A stretch of DNA of 64,000 bases, taken from the NCBI GenBank assembly GCA_965603825.1, contig CBFDEM010000011.1, positions 806,001 through 870,000 of the forward strand. The letters run 5' to 3'. This DNA is from Blepharisma stoltei ATCC 30299 (Eukaryota > Protista > Ciliophora). A model generated the notes under the pieces. That model had not been told where the DNA came from, made no database searches, and worked only from the letters and a program-made list of their open reading frames with translations. Below are positions 1-11,212 of this stretch, in pieces; within the stretch, counting starts at the first letter, position 1; every line of letters starts with the position of its first letter. Position numbers and translations under genes: made by a program.

Positions 1-936
1 ATTACTGAAAAAGATGAAGACGATTTAGAGAATTTCGCACTGAAATATAACGTAGACTTCATTGCTGCAAGCTTTGTGAGAAAACCTTCTGATGTAGAGA
101 CTATTAGAGATATTTTAGGACCTAGAGGTGCCCATATAAAAATCATCAGCAAAATTGAGAACCATGAAGGGCTTGAGAACTTTGAAGAAATTTTAAAAGC
201 AACTGACGGGATTATGGTAGCAAGAGGAGACTTAGGTATGGAAATCCCAGCTGAAAAAGTATTTTTGGCTCAAAAAATGATGATTCAGAAATGCAAAATT
301 TATGGAAAATCGGTGATTACAGCTACTCAAATGCTGGAATCAATGATCAACAACCCAAGACCTACTCGTGCTGAAGCTAGTGATGTAGGAAATGCTGTAT
401 TGGACGGAACTGACGCCGTCATGCTTTCAGGAGAAACAGCAAACGGCCAATTTAATCTCAACGCTATTGAAATCATGGCCAAAATCTGCGTAGAAGCTGA
501 AAGATGCATTGATTACTCCCAAGAGTTCTATAAAATCAGAGAATCAATCCCTTGGAGTCTCAGCACAACTGAAGCCGTCTGTTGTGCAGCTGTCAGAACT
601 GCCCTTGACCTCAATGTACATTTAATTATTGCAGTTACAGACACCGGCTCCACCCCTCTTCAAATCGCCAAATTCAACCCTCCAATGCCTATTCTTTGTG
701 TGAGTATGAGCCAAGCTACTATCAACCAAATGACTATTGTCAGAGGTGGACTCACCCTCAAAGTCCCATCATACGAAGGCACTGACAACTTATTAAGATA
801 TGCCATCGAAGTGGCCAAATCCAGAAACCTGGTCAAGTCAGGAGACACTGTTATCGCTATTCACGGCAAATCTGAAGCTGACGTTAACAGAGCCAACATC
901 ATGAAGATTTTAGTGGTCGACGAAGCAGATGACTAA
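1..936 (+). CDS. PYK: Pyruvate kinase, 5'-truncated by the window edge
   Basis: Frame is open from base 1 (ITEKDEDDLENF..DFIAASFVRK). Motifs KIISKIENHEG, DGIMVARGDLGMEIP, ATQMLESM..PRPTRAE and DAVMLSGETA. TAA stop. Confidence 0.97.
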   Translation: MTEKDEDDLENFALKYNVDFIAASFVRKPSDVETIRDILGPRGAHIKIISKIENHEGLENFEEILKATDGIMVARGDLGMEIPAEKVFLAQKMMIQKCKIYGKSVITATQMLESMINNPRPTRAEASDVGNAVLDGTDAVMLSGETANGQFNLNAIEIMAKICVEAERCIDYSQEFYKIRESIPWSLSTTEAVCCAAVRTALDLNVHLIIAVTDTGSTPLQIAKFNPPMPILCVSMSQATINQMTIVRGGLTLKVPSYEGTDNLLRYAIEVAKSRNLVKSGDTVIAIHGKSEADVNRANIMKILVVDEADD

Positions 937-1055
937 TAGCCTCGCCTAAATTTAATTTGCCTTCAAAATTCTCGTTTTTCTGTTTTTAAAAAAATCTTTT
1001 AGGATTCAGCTGGAAAGCCATTTTCTATCACGAATTTAAATTAAAAACGCGGGAA

Positions 1056-2249
1056 ATGGAGCGAAATATTCCTCTTCACATCGAAAGATTAATATATGAG
1101 CTAAACCATAGCTCGAAAACTGAGCAAGTTCTTTTGAACGGTTCTAGCCTGATCTCACAGGATGTCACACTTATGCAGGTTTATTTGCAATTGGGCTACA
1201 GTCTGCAAACAAATCAGTTTGTCAGTTCGCCTACATCTCAACAGGCATTATGCCTGATCTCACAGGAGTATGGGGTTCCTCTCCATCAGCCTAATATTGA
1301 CAGCTTTTTGGCGAATACGCCAGCAAAACAGGCAGACCCTGACACGGAATTAAGACATGAAATGATGAAGACTTTTTATGAGCAGGGAATTGATGAAATT
1401 GCCGCGGGAGCTGAAATAGGCTTAGAAGTGGCCTCGGAGCCGCCTCATGCAAGCATGTGGGACTGTTTTAGTGTTTTGCCTAAGGCAGTGCAATTTTCTA
1501 CACCAAAACCTAGGAGAGCCCACCAAAGTCCGAGCACACAGGCCACCTGGCTTTTTACACCACTATCTTATAACTCGACCCCTTTTTCCGAATGTGACTC
1601 AGACATGGGCACCCCGAGGTCCACAAAAGGTCTAAAATACCTTACAACCCTCGTAAAACAATTAGTTTGCAAACAGCAGCCTACTTCTTTCAAAGAAGTT
1701 GCCCTTAAACTTATTGATGAATTAATCACGTCTGAAGGGGCTGATAGAATTAAAGAAGAAAAAAATGTCAGAAGACGCGTCTATGACGCAATCAATGTAT
1801 TAATAGCTGCAGGAGTTCTAGAAAGAAATGGCAGTACAGTAAACTGAAAAGAAGAATGGAGTGCGCTGGAGATTGATGAAAAAAGAAATGAATTGGAAAA
1901 AAGGAGAAAAGAAGTTGAAGCAAAAAGAAATGAGTTTAAAGAAATACTCAACAAGTATCTGGCGATACAGAATCTTATTTATAGAAATACAAATAACCCA
2001 AAAACACCGCCTGCAATACAGTTCCCGTTTATTGTGGTGTCGACGGCTGATTCACATAAAAATTCAATGTCAATTAGAGTTAATAAGACTGCAACGTCTC
2101 TGACTTTGAAGTTTCAAGAGCATGCGACACTTTTTGGGGACATGGATGTGCTACTTTCTTTGAAAATGCACAATATCAAGCTGTCATTGCTGAATCGATT
2201 TTTGCCGAGTAGGGAACTTCTTAATTATTGCTCGCCGTGCTTATTCTAA
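1056..2249 (+). CDS. E2F/DP family transcription factor (DP-like); one in-frame TGA=Trp at 1845
   Basis: ORFs 1056-1847 and 1893-2249 share a frame. DEF box NVRRRVYDAINVL; the TGA sits at the conserved W after the winged helix. DP C-terminal motifs QNLIYRN and IQFPFIVV. Confidence 0.9.
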
Positions 2250-3029
2250 TTTGTAAAAAAATAATTAGTTTTTTATTTATAGATGCTTTGATTGCTATTT
2301 AAATAAAATTAAGGTTTAATAATTTATATAAAATAAGAAGTAAGAGGATTTTATTGTGAGCTCGAAAACTATAATTAATATGGCTGGTTTTCATTTGAGT
2401 ATTTTTGTTATATCTATTTAAAGAACTCTATACTCTGAAGATCATTTATCAGCAAATGCTATTTGGTCTGATAAGACATTTATTCATAAAATATTTAGGA
2501 TTTAAATTTCAATATTCTCATCGCTCAAATTTAACAATATTAGCTTAGCAAAGAATGGTTTTAACATTTCTACTGCCGCTTTAGATTTTCTTTATAAATT
2601 TTGTTGAAAGCTATGCTCTTAATATTCATGATTTGCAAGGTTCTCTCGGTAAAAGCAAGAAAGTTCCTAGTTTTTGCTAGAAGCAGATCAATCTATATTA
2701 ATATATTGCAAATCTTAATATCACATAATATTAAACCCAACCAAGCAGCATCTTTCTATCATTTTATTATTCAAATACAATCAAGTTTAAATTGCTCAAT
2801 TTTTAAACGATATCAAAATTTAGTTCAAACTGCAAAATAATTTCAAATAAATTCAGTGTCATCACCCTAAATCATTTCTTAGCAATTCCAATTAATAAAA
2901 TAGTTAAATTTGTATATTTAAATTTTATTTATCTCAATTTTACAATATAATAAGGATAACTCCTCGATTTCCTTTATCTTTCGTCCAGCCTATCAAAGAT
3001 ATATAGTTCATTGACTATTAATAAACAAT

Positions 3030-4445
3030 ATGTTGACCACAATTAGCAGAAGGTTTGGAATGCTCAGCAATTTCTTTGGACTATTGTCCCCTTCAACCAC
3101 AGGAGTTATTATTGGAGGCTATCCACCAGGCCGCGAAATCCCTGACCATCAACCAATAACAAGAACTGACGAGATTTCAAAGGTACAATCAACCACTCTT
3201 CCTAATGGTGTTCGCGTCGTCACCGAGAGCACCAATTTCCCATCAAACGTCAGATTCGGGGTGACCATCAACGCAGGCACCCGCGATGAGACAGAAGAAA
3301 CCTCAGGCGTCGTGAACGCTCTTAGACAAACTTTCTTAAAGACCAATGTTCGAACCAATGAACAAATCAACTATTGTATGATTCAAAGTTCTGGCGGGGC
3401 CTTCGCAATGGACTTTAACCAAGAGTTTATGAATTATACAGGCCACTGCTTAGCCCACGACTTCTACGACATGAACCAAATGCTTGCTGACTGTGTTCTT
3501 GATGAAAAGACTCTCATCGATGAAGAAGCAGCTCAATGGAGAACTGACGAGAAGTTCAGACTTGACGAATACAACTTGACCTTGCCAAAGAAACTCGAAA
3601 ATGTCTGGCTCAGCACTGCTTATGGGTACAAAGGGTTCGGAAATCCTCTTATGGGTCACCAAGCACATTTCCAGAGTATAGGGTTTTATATGTTGAATAA
3701 TTGGAGAAAAGCAACCATTACTCCTGACAGAATTGTTGTCTGGGGGGCTGGGATTAACAAGCATGAAGAGTTTGTTAACACTGTTGCTGATTATTATCGC
3801 TTTATTGACCCAATTAAAGCTCCAAAAAGAGCGCCATCAGTCTACTTAGGAGGTGAATTCAGAGAAATTTGTGACTCACCTTTGACTCATGTCAGCTTGT
3901 CATTTAAAGGATTTTCCAGATCCCAAATTGAGCACAACGCTGCTTATGTCCTTAAATACATCATAGGAGAAAGCAAAACAGGACTTTTCAACAGAGCTCA
4001 TACCAATTTCCATCAGAAAAACCCATGGCTCTGCTATGTTAAGCCTCACCATACAACTTTCGAAGACTCAGGCAATTTCAGAATTAACGTAGCTGCTCCT
4101 AACGAAAAGGCTGCAGAGCTAAGCGAAGTCCTCATCAAAGAAATCCGTGACTTGCAAAACGTGACTGACGAAGAAGTTTCTAGAGCTAAGAACAAGCTTA
4201 AGAGAATCACCTATAATAAGTACCAAGACCCTGACTTCAGGATGAAGAAACTGACCCGAGACTTCTCTCAAACAGGAAAACTTGTGAGCTATGAAAGTTT
4301 CGAAAAAGAAATTGAAGACGTTACCACTGATCAAGTTAAGAAGGCAGCTGCAACTATATTTAAGAGCAACCCAACTCTTGTGGTTCTTGGTGGAAATCCT
4401 CATGGAATCTTGACTGCCCAAACTTTCCAGGAGAAGCTTAGATAA
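3030..4445 (+). CDS. M16-family non-catalytic subunit (MPP-alpha / cytochrome bc1 core protein-like), mitochondrial
   Basis: Presequence-like N-terminus (MLTTISRRF), TTLPNGVRVVTE and AGTRDE motifs. HxxEH zinc motif replaced by NALRQ. Confidence 0.85.
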   Translation: MLTTISRRFGMLSNFFGLLSPSTTGVIIGGYPPGREIPDHQPITRTDEISKVQSTTLPNGVRVVTESTNFPSNVRFGVTINAGTRDETEETSGVVNALRQTFLKTNVRTNEQINYCMIQSSGGAFAMDFNQEFMNYTGHCLAHDFYDMNQMLADCVLDEKTLIDEEAAQWRTDEKFRLDEYNLTLPKKLENVWLSTAYGYKGFGNPLMGHQAHFQSIGFYMLNNWRKATITPDRIVVWGAGINKHEEFVNTVADYYRFIDPIKAPKRAPSVYLGGEFREICDSPLTHVSLSFKGFSRSQIEHNAAYVLKYIIGESKTGLFNRAHTNFHQKNPWLCYVKPHHTTFEDSGNFRINVAAPNEKAAELSEVLIKEIRDLQNVTDEEVSRAKNKLKRITYNKYQDPDFRMKKLTRDFSQTGKLVSYESFEKEIEDVTTDQVKKAAATIFKSNPTLVVLGGNPHGILTAQTFQEKLR

Positions 4446-4532
4446 GCTTAAGTTATCTAGTTAAACTCTAATAGGTTTATCTTAAATATGGGGAACCCAC
4501 AAATTTGCATTTATCTAATATCTGAATTAAAA

Positions 4533-6359
4533 TTATTGCTGAGGGGTTTCTGGGACATTCCACATGAATATAGCTCCTTCAGCTCCAACAGTAACAATGC
4601 TTCTTTGGTCTGGGCTAAATGCAATTTTATTGATGCTTCCAGAGTGTCCTATTCCTTCATATAAAATAACTCCTTCATCATAGCTCCAAAACTTGACTCT
4701 TTGGTCTTCTCCTCCAGACACAAAATAATCTCCTTCTCTCGTTATAGCTAAAGCATTTACTTCGCCTTCTTCAGAACCATCTAGCATTCTTATTGATTGC
4801 CCATCAAATGTATCCCAATAAGTTATTTTTCTGTCAGATCCTGTTGTCAATAATTGGCTTTCGTCAGCGTTATAAAGGACTTGTTTAAACATTGTGCTTT
4901 CAAATAAACAAATTACTCTCGAAAATGACCTTAAGTCCCACACAATGCAAGATCCATCAGAGCTGGCAGTTACAGCAAGATCGTTGTTTCTGTTAATTTG
5001 GATTGCCCAGACTCTTCCTCTGTGTTCTTTCATTGAAGATTCCATTGTTTGGGTTTGCTTCCCAATTTTCCAAATCCTGACTTCTCCTTCAATTCCACCT
5101 GATAACACTCTGGTCGAGTTATTTGCTGAAATAATAGCAGTGACCCCATGCCTGTGAGCATCATTAATAGCATATAATAATTTTCCGGACTGAGGCAAAA
5201 AGGCTCTGATTTTTCCATCATTTCACCCACTTATGATACTTTTTCCATCAGGAGTGAAGCCAATGCAGTTACATTCTAAATTTTGAACCTGGATTCTGAG
5301 AAGTTCTTGGCGGTTTCTAGCATTCCATACACGAATATCATTGATTGAGCAAGTTGCGAAGACTTCTGAATAGTTTAAAGGAAAAGCTATATCATTTATT
5401 CTTTCATAATGGCAAGTGTTTCGCAGTTCTGCTTTAAGTTCGTCAGAATCAACGAAATAAATGTTTGACTGAGAAGTCCCAAGAAACATATGGGTGGCAT
5501 CTGAAGTCAGACTTATAGAAGTTGGGCCACCTAACACCTCAGCTTGGACTTTTACTTGTAAATTTTGGCTCCCTAGCTTAGCTAGTGTCCCGTCTCCAGC
5601 ACCTACTAATAAATCGCCATTAGGCAAAAGTGCCATACACTGAACCCCTTGAGAAAACAGTTTTCGAGCTGGTCCGGCTCTTCTATATAAAGCATTTTCT
5701 AAGTTAAGCTCTAAAATATCTCCTGTGCGCGTACCAACATATGCAAATCTGTCACTTGGATGAATAACTACATTAAGTATCTGCCTTTTAATATTTCCCA
5801 AATTTACTGCTTGGAAATTCAATTTTTTGCTGACATAGTCTGCATCCCAGATTTTCACGATTAAGTTTTGCACTGTAATAAGTTTTGAATCTGAACTATT
5901 ATAAAACTTCACTTCAAAACCTGGCTCATGGCCAATAGTGCTTCCACATAAGCCTTTTCCAGTAGAGACATCTCATATAACGAGCATATTATCATCTTGG
6001 CCTCCTAAAGAAGCTAAATAAAGTTCATTTGGGGAAAAGTGGAGAGATTGAACTAGCACTTTGTGGAGCTTGATAGTTTGAAGAGGCTGTTTAGTGTTGA
6101 AGTCCCAAATAATAGCTTGTGCTTGAAAGCCCATATGAGTTTGTTGGCCACTTGCTATGAGGTTGCCGGATCTGGAAATTGTTATACATGATACTCGCTG
6201 GTCATGCCCGCGTAGGAAAGTTTGAACTCTAGAAACAATGTGACGGACCACAATCGTTGAACCCAAAGGATATATAATATGCTCATTGTCTGGGTGAAGA
6301 ATAAGCCCCTGAATTACATTTCCTGAAAAACCAATAACTGCTGAAAGTTCAAGCTCCAT
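4533..6359 (-). CDS. CFAP52: Cilia- and flagella-associated protein 52 (WDR16), 608 aa, two TGA=Trp
   Basis: Three ORFs in one frame joined at TGA 5973 (MLVI-W-D, WD motif) and 5223 (IISG-W-NDGKIRAF). N-terminus LELSAVIGFSG and YPLGSTIVV typical of CFAP52. Confidence 0.93.
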
Positions 6360-6485
6360 TAAATAAATAAGAATAAAGGAAAAGACGAAAAATTGCTGAC
6401 TTTAAGTAAAGAGGAAGATCAAACTAATTTTAAGATATAAAAGAAGGGCGACTTCTTTGAATTATTGGTATTTTATGCTGTTTAT

Positions 6486-7439
6486 TTAATTGGCTAATTT
6501 ATCAATAAAGGTAATATTTCGAGTTTTAATATTAAACCGAAACAAATACACATCGTGAAGTAGACCTACAAAATATATAGATCCATTATATAAAGAGAAA
6601 TGCGAAAAACCATAGAATTGTGCTGCGATACTGTTTTTTCCTATGCAATTTCATTGAAAGCAATCCTTTATTAAACTCTCAAATACTCAGTTTCCCGTTT
6701 GAATGCAGTATAATTTATTTTCTGCAACAAAAAGAACTATTCCAGTTCTGGGTTTAACTTTCAATATTTTTGAAATACTATTACTAAAAGGATCAAAAGC
6801 TCTTAAATTGCCTGCTCAATAGTGCGCAATAATAATTTTTTCTTCAAAAGAAATGCAAGAAGTAATATTGTGTTTTGAGCGCAATGTAATATTTGCAGCT
6901 TTTTTTCATCTATTTCTATTAAAATCATATACATCTATAGCTTTTGATTTCCTAAAAGCGTAAATAAGTCCATCAAGATAAGCAATTATACAAAATTTTC
7001 TTGGTTTTATATCTTTGATTTCAGAAATACATAAATTTTTGTCTATGATAAAAGCTTGCCCCTTTCAAAAATTAATACAGAAGTATTTTCGATCTGGCAT
7101 AGCACATAATGTGATTTCTTCATCTATAAATAATTCTTCTTTATGTATTGTGTTTGTTAAGTTAAGGTCTATCTTTATGGCTCCATTAGCATCAGCATAT
7201 ATTAATTTCCCTTCGACCTGGAGGCATTGATTGTCATTTTGTTTTATAGATTTCAATAGCATTGATTTAGTAGAACTAAGGCTTTTTTTGCATGCATTTT
7301 TCTTTTTCTGCACTTTTTGAGTTTTTTTATATTTTGTGACCAATATATCTTTTGATTTAACATGCTTAGGCTTAAAAACATTTGTTCTAGGCTTGATATG
7401 CCGAAACTTTCAAAAATCTGTTGTAATTGCCCTCCCCAT
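6486..7439 (-). CDS. Divergent kelch/beta-propeller-like protein, 317 aa, several TGA=Trp
   Basis: Manual translation from ATG 7439 to TAA 6486 contains only TGA interruptions. Blade-like segments AYLDGLIYAF..IDVYDFNRNR-W-K, LRAFDPFSN and YNGSIYFVG. Confidence 0.7.
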
Positions 7440-7965
7440 TGTCTCCTAATAAAATCAATTGTAGCTGCCCACAAATCAAATCTATTAATTTATAATTAAA
7501 AAGTGCTCATAGAAAAATTTTTATATTAAGAATTTTTATTAATATAAGTTATTTTTGAATGGTATTTATACAAAAATAGACAGCATGTACACTATAAAAT
7601 ATATCGAGCTGTTATATAAGAATATTGCAGCAACCATTGAATTTGTTGGAATTCTATTTTGGCCTATAAAATATCACTCTAAGTAATTTCTTGGTAAGCT
7701 CACATCTATTAATTTGTAGATCGGACTGCAATACATTTTAATTTCTGTAAAAAAAAGAATAATTCCATTACCTCCCAATCCTTAATATTTTTACTAAACG
7801 TATCAAAAGCTCTTAGACTTCCACATCGCCTCAAAAATTAAAAATTAATAGTAATCGCTACTCTGTTTAATAGTTACTTCTTTTCTTAATTTATTTTTTT
7901 GCTACGTTTAATATTACAAATTACTCTGCATTATCAATTATCTGTCTTATATCTCACTATCATTA

Positions 7966-8970
7966 TTATCACGCAGACCGCGGAGACGCAATCGCTTTAT
8001 CTTCATCTTGCAAACTACTTGTATAAATCTCAGGTATTTTAATATCAAGCAAATCTTTAGCTCAACTATGACTCATCAACTCAGGGATATCACTTACATA
8101 TATATGCGCTATATCTTTTGCAGGAGAGTTTTTTGCCAAAATTTCTTTCAAAAACTTAGGAGCTTCTGTAGGTTCTTCCATACTCTCTTCATCAAACCCA
8201 AACCTGCTGAACTGTCTTTTACTAGGCGTATCAAAATTATAGAGTCTTGGCTTCTCTGCTTTTATGCTATGAATATCATCGCTGAATACCCGTTTTCTCT
8301 GTAATAAAGAAGCTACTGGAAGTACATGATTACTATCTGTCTTTGAGACCACAACGCTCAAAAGAGGAAAAATTGAATTGTGGGGTTGTATATGCTTATT
8401 TCTTTGAATATCTTCTTTGGTAAATGTATCAATTTGGCTCCCTAATTCGTGGAGATATAAACAGTCTGCATTAAGACATTTTTGTCCTTTTATATATGAG
8501 TTGCAGTATTTAGAAGTCCCAAATGTAGCTTTTAGTCTTCTGCCTTCAATTTTGAAGCCATCACATGCTTTTATGCAGAGTGTGGCTTCTATTTCAGTGT
8601 TGTATGTAATAAAAGCACTATAGGAAATCCCTAAAGGGCTTATATATGGACTTGTTTTCTTGACAGCGCATTTCCTTATGTGGCCATACTGTCCAAAATA
8701 TTTTTCTTCAATCATAGTCTATTTAAGTTTTACCTCTTCATCTGCTATGCTAGGTGGAAGACCTATCAAATAAACCAAATTTCTTTGAATAACTCTACAT
8801 TTTGTTAATTCATGCCTATCGCTCGGTTTTGATACTTTTTGAGCTTGGAAGTGTCTGAATTTCTTTTACTCAGAAGACGTTGCTATAAAATTATGACAGT
8901 TATCAACTTTCTCTGTCAGTGGATGATCGCATTTCATGCATGCATTTGAAGATGGCTGATAAGAATCCAT
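7966..8970 (-). CDS. NOT4/CNOT4-like RRM + CCCH zinc finger protein; two 15-nt introns
   Basis: RVIQRNLVYLIGLP, KYFGQYG, LKATFGTSKYC and C..ADCLYLHE are NOT4 hallmarks. In-frame stops are removed by introns 8855-8869 and 8719-8733. TGA 8062 read as Trp; TAA at 7966. Confidence 0.85.
8719..8733 (-). other. 15-nt spliceosomal intron GTAAAACTTAAATAG
   Basis: GT..AG, A at position 10, carries an in-frame TAG inside the conserved NOT4 RRM. Confidence 0.9.
8855..8869 (-). other. 15-nt spliceosomal intron GTAAAAGAAATTCAG
   Basis: GT..AG, A at position 10. Removing it deletes an in-frame TAA and links ATG 8970 to the RRM. Confidence 0.75.
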
Positions 8971-9234
8971 TGACTATAATATCAGAAAAATGGATGATTT
9001 AAAAATCAAAAATAGAATAGTTAAATTCTGATAATCTTAAAAGAAAAAAACAAAGCAATCCTTATTATCAAGACAAAAATTAAATTTTTCCTTATGCTGG
9101 ATTGCTTCTATTACATAAAATTTAAGTTCACAATCAAGATTAATTATCAATTCATAAATGCAATAATAGAGTTGATTAATTTTAGAGGTTTACATAAGAT
9201 CCTTATATTAAGTATGGTTTAATCTTTGTTTTAA

Positions 9235-9555
9235 TTAATCAATATCAACAGGCCTCTTATCTTCTTCAGCAAGCTGTAAAATCCATTTGCAAAAATTGCC
9301 ATCAACTTCGCCAATTCTAATGATTATTTCGTCTCTATATGTTCTTGCTTGAGGATATATATTAAATGCTTCAAGCAGGATGCTATTTTTGGTATCGTTA
9401 TGAATCACTCTTAAGGCTTTTTCAATTTCTGATCTCCTCATTGTTTTGTCAACTTCAAAATCGATTTCATCTTCATAATACTGTTTTTGGGACCAATCTG
9501 TTTCTTCATCACCGCGGCTGAGCTCTCTATTAGCATTTGGATTAAATCCTGACAT
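9235..9555 (-). CDS. Hypothetical protein, 106 aa
   Basis: ATG to TAA ORF with coding-like composition flanked by AT-rich spacers. No family recognised. Confidence 0.65.
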   Translation of the reverse strand: MSGFNPNANRELSRGDEETDWSQKQYYEDEIDFEVDKTMRRSEIEKALRVIHNDTKNSILLEAFNIYPQARTYRDEIIIRIGEVDGNFCKWILQLAEEDKRPVDID

Positions 9556-9706
9556 TTATAGGGGGGTTTGGCAGAATAAAGTTTTCAATAATATCTAAAT
9601 AATCTTAAAACTAGTAAGCGTCATTATCAAAACATTAAAAACAAAAATTACTTTACAGTAGAAAATTATATGAAAATTTGCTTCTAATTTTTGATACTTC
9701 AGCAAG

Positions 9707-10156
9707 CTATTCCATATACTTATTTAAAAACTCTGGGAAGACTCCTCTATTAAGAAACAGCCATGTCTGCTTTAAAATCTCTCTTGAACTTTTCATATCT
9801 AGTGTTTTCTTCATTCCATATTTATCTAATTCTGCTTTGATTTCGCCAACACTCATTTTCGAGTAATCTGGCATGCCCTTCATATCAACTTCTTTGCTTT
9901 CTTTTATCGGCTCTATGTTTGCAACTTCAAATCTTTGAAGATTTTCAATTATTGGTTCATTTTCTATGTAAAAATCATTGGGCTCATTAGCCATAGCTAA
10001 ATAGTTTTGTTCGTTTTGTGTTTCATAAATTTGGTCACTTTCTGAAATTTTTGGTTCTAGTTTTCCTTCAATGCATTCATTAATGTGATTTATTTGATCG
10101 AGCTCTGATAAGTGAGAGAGATTAATGCTGCATATGATGCAAGAAAGCTCTATCAT
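9707..10156 (-). CDS. Small SLX4-like protein: UBZ4-type zinc finger + SAP domain, 149 aa
   Basis: CIICSINLSHL..QINHINEC resembles the SLX4 UBZ. MPDYSKMSVGEIKAELDKYGMK..SREILKQTW resembles the SLX4 SAP motif. Confidence 0.7.
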   Translation of the reverse strand: MIELSCIICSINLSHLSELDQINHINECIEGKLEPKISESDQIYETQNEQNYLAMANEPNDFYIENEPIIENLQRFEVANIEPIKESKEVDMKGMPDYSKMSVGEIKAELDKYGMKKTLDMKSSREILKQTWLFLNRGVFPEFLNKYME

Positions 10157-10384
10157 ATATTTTTATTACAATTTCTATTAGCTTACTTTTTAATATTTTG
10201 GCTTAAATAAATTTGCCTTAATTATCTGCATAGGATTGTATTGTGTGCTGATATATTTTATAATTATAAAAATCATCTCTTTTTATTCGAAATTAAGCTT
10301 ATATAGACTAACTAGGTGGTCCAAGAACAATTTATCATAATTGCTTATATTGAAGTAATAAATAAATGGGTTTGTAATATTAAA

Positions 10385-10549
10385 ATGGCTCGGAGCTTAA
10401 AGACACTGGGCAAGAATATTGGAAAAGGACTGGAAAGTGGAGGGAATTTGGCTAAAACTGCAATTTACTGGGGATTCGTACCAGCAATTCTATACTTGGC
10501 ATTCACAACAGAACCAAAGCCGAACATCAGAAGCTTATTTGGATTTTAA
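10385..10549 (+). CDS. TOM7: Mitochondrial import receptor subunit TOM7, 54 aa
   Basis: AKTAIYWGFVPAILYL..EPKP matches the TOM7 signature. ATG at 10385 follows an A-rich context. Confidence 0.85.
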   Translation: MARSLKTLGKNIGKGLESGGNLAKTAIYWGFVPAILYLAFTTEPKPNIRSLFGF

Positions 10550-11212
10550 TTTTAGATAAATACTTTAATCGAAGTATTGCTAATGCTATTGCTACTATTT
10601 ATAAATAAATCTTCCTTGTGAGAGAATCTTCACTGCCATTGATTTTTATTTTTCGTTGCTATAAATGTAATTTATTTCATTCTCTGCATTCCTTGGAAAT
10701 TTGTGAATAAATCACATTGTAGTCTCTTTAATTAGCAATATTGTTATTGTCTTGAAATTTCCATGAAAATAAAACTCTGAATAAGGCATATGAGGTGGCT
10801 TTAAAAAGCCATTTAATTGAATTTTGTTCACATAAAATATAAATAAAGTATAAAATTATTAAACATTAAAATTAATTAGAAGCTTATTAAAAAATGATTT
10901 AAGATAACAATTGAGAACAATCTTACCTCTAATTATTTATTTAAGTAATCTTAAACCATCGATTAACTCAAAATTTCATGTGAAGCATATTAAGAATTAA
11001 GGAGTTAGGAGAGATTCAAATAAATGGATATTGGATAAATAGTATAAAGCTTTCAGCATCTTATCGTTAATTATGCACGCGCATCTGCTTTCAGAATATA
11101 TTTCAATTAAATATATTAAAATTAAAGAGCAATAAAATAGTTATGATAAAATAATAAAGCTAACAATAAGCCCATTTTTTGTATTATCATTATTGTAACT
11201 TCATAATTAAAT

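Noticed and set aside
1845-1847. TGA as selenocysteine or cysteine
   Set aside because: Aligned positions are conserved Trp, and paralogues have TGG there.
2601-2840. 79-aa ORF in the spacer after the DP gene
   Set aside because: TTG start, spacer-like AT content, no motif.
8883-8897. Additional 15-nt intron GTCATAATTTTATAG in the NOT4-like gene
   Set aside because: Lacks the GTA start and A10 seen in all required introns, and is not needed to keep the frame.
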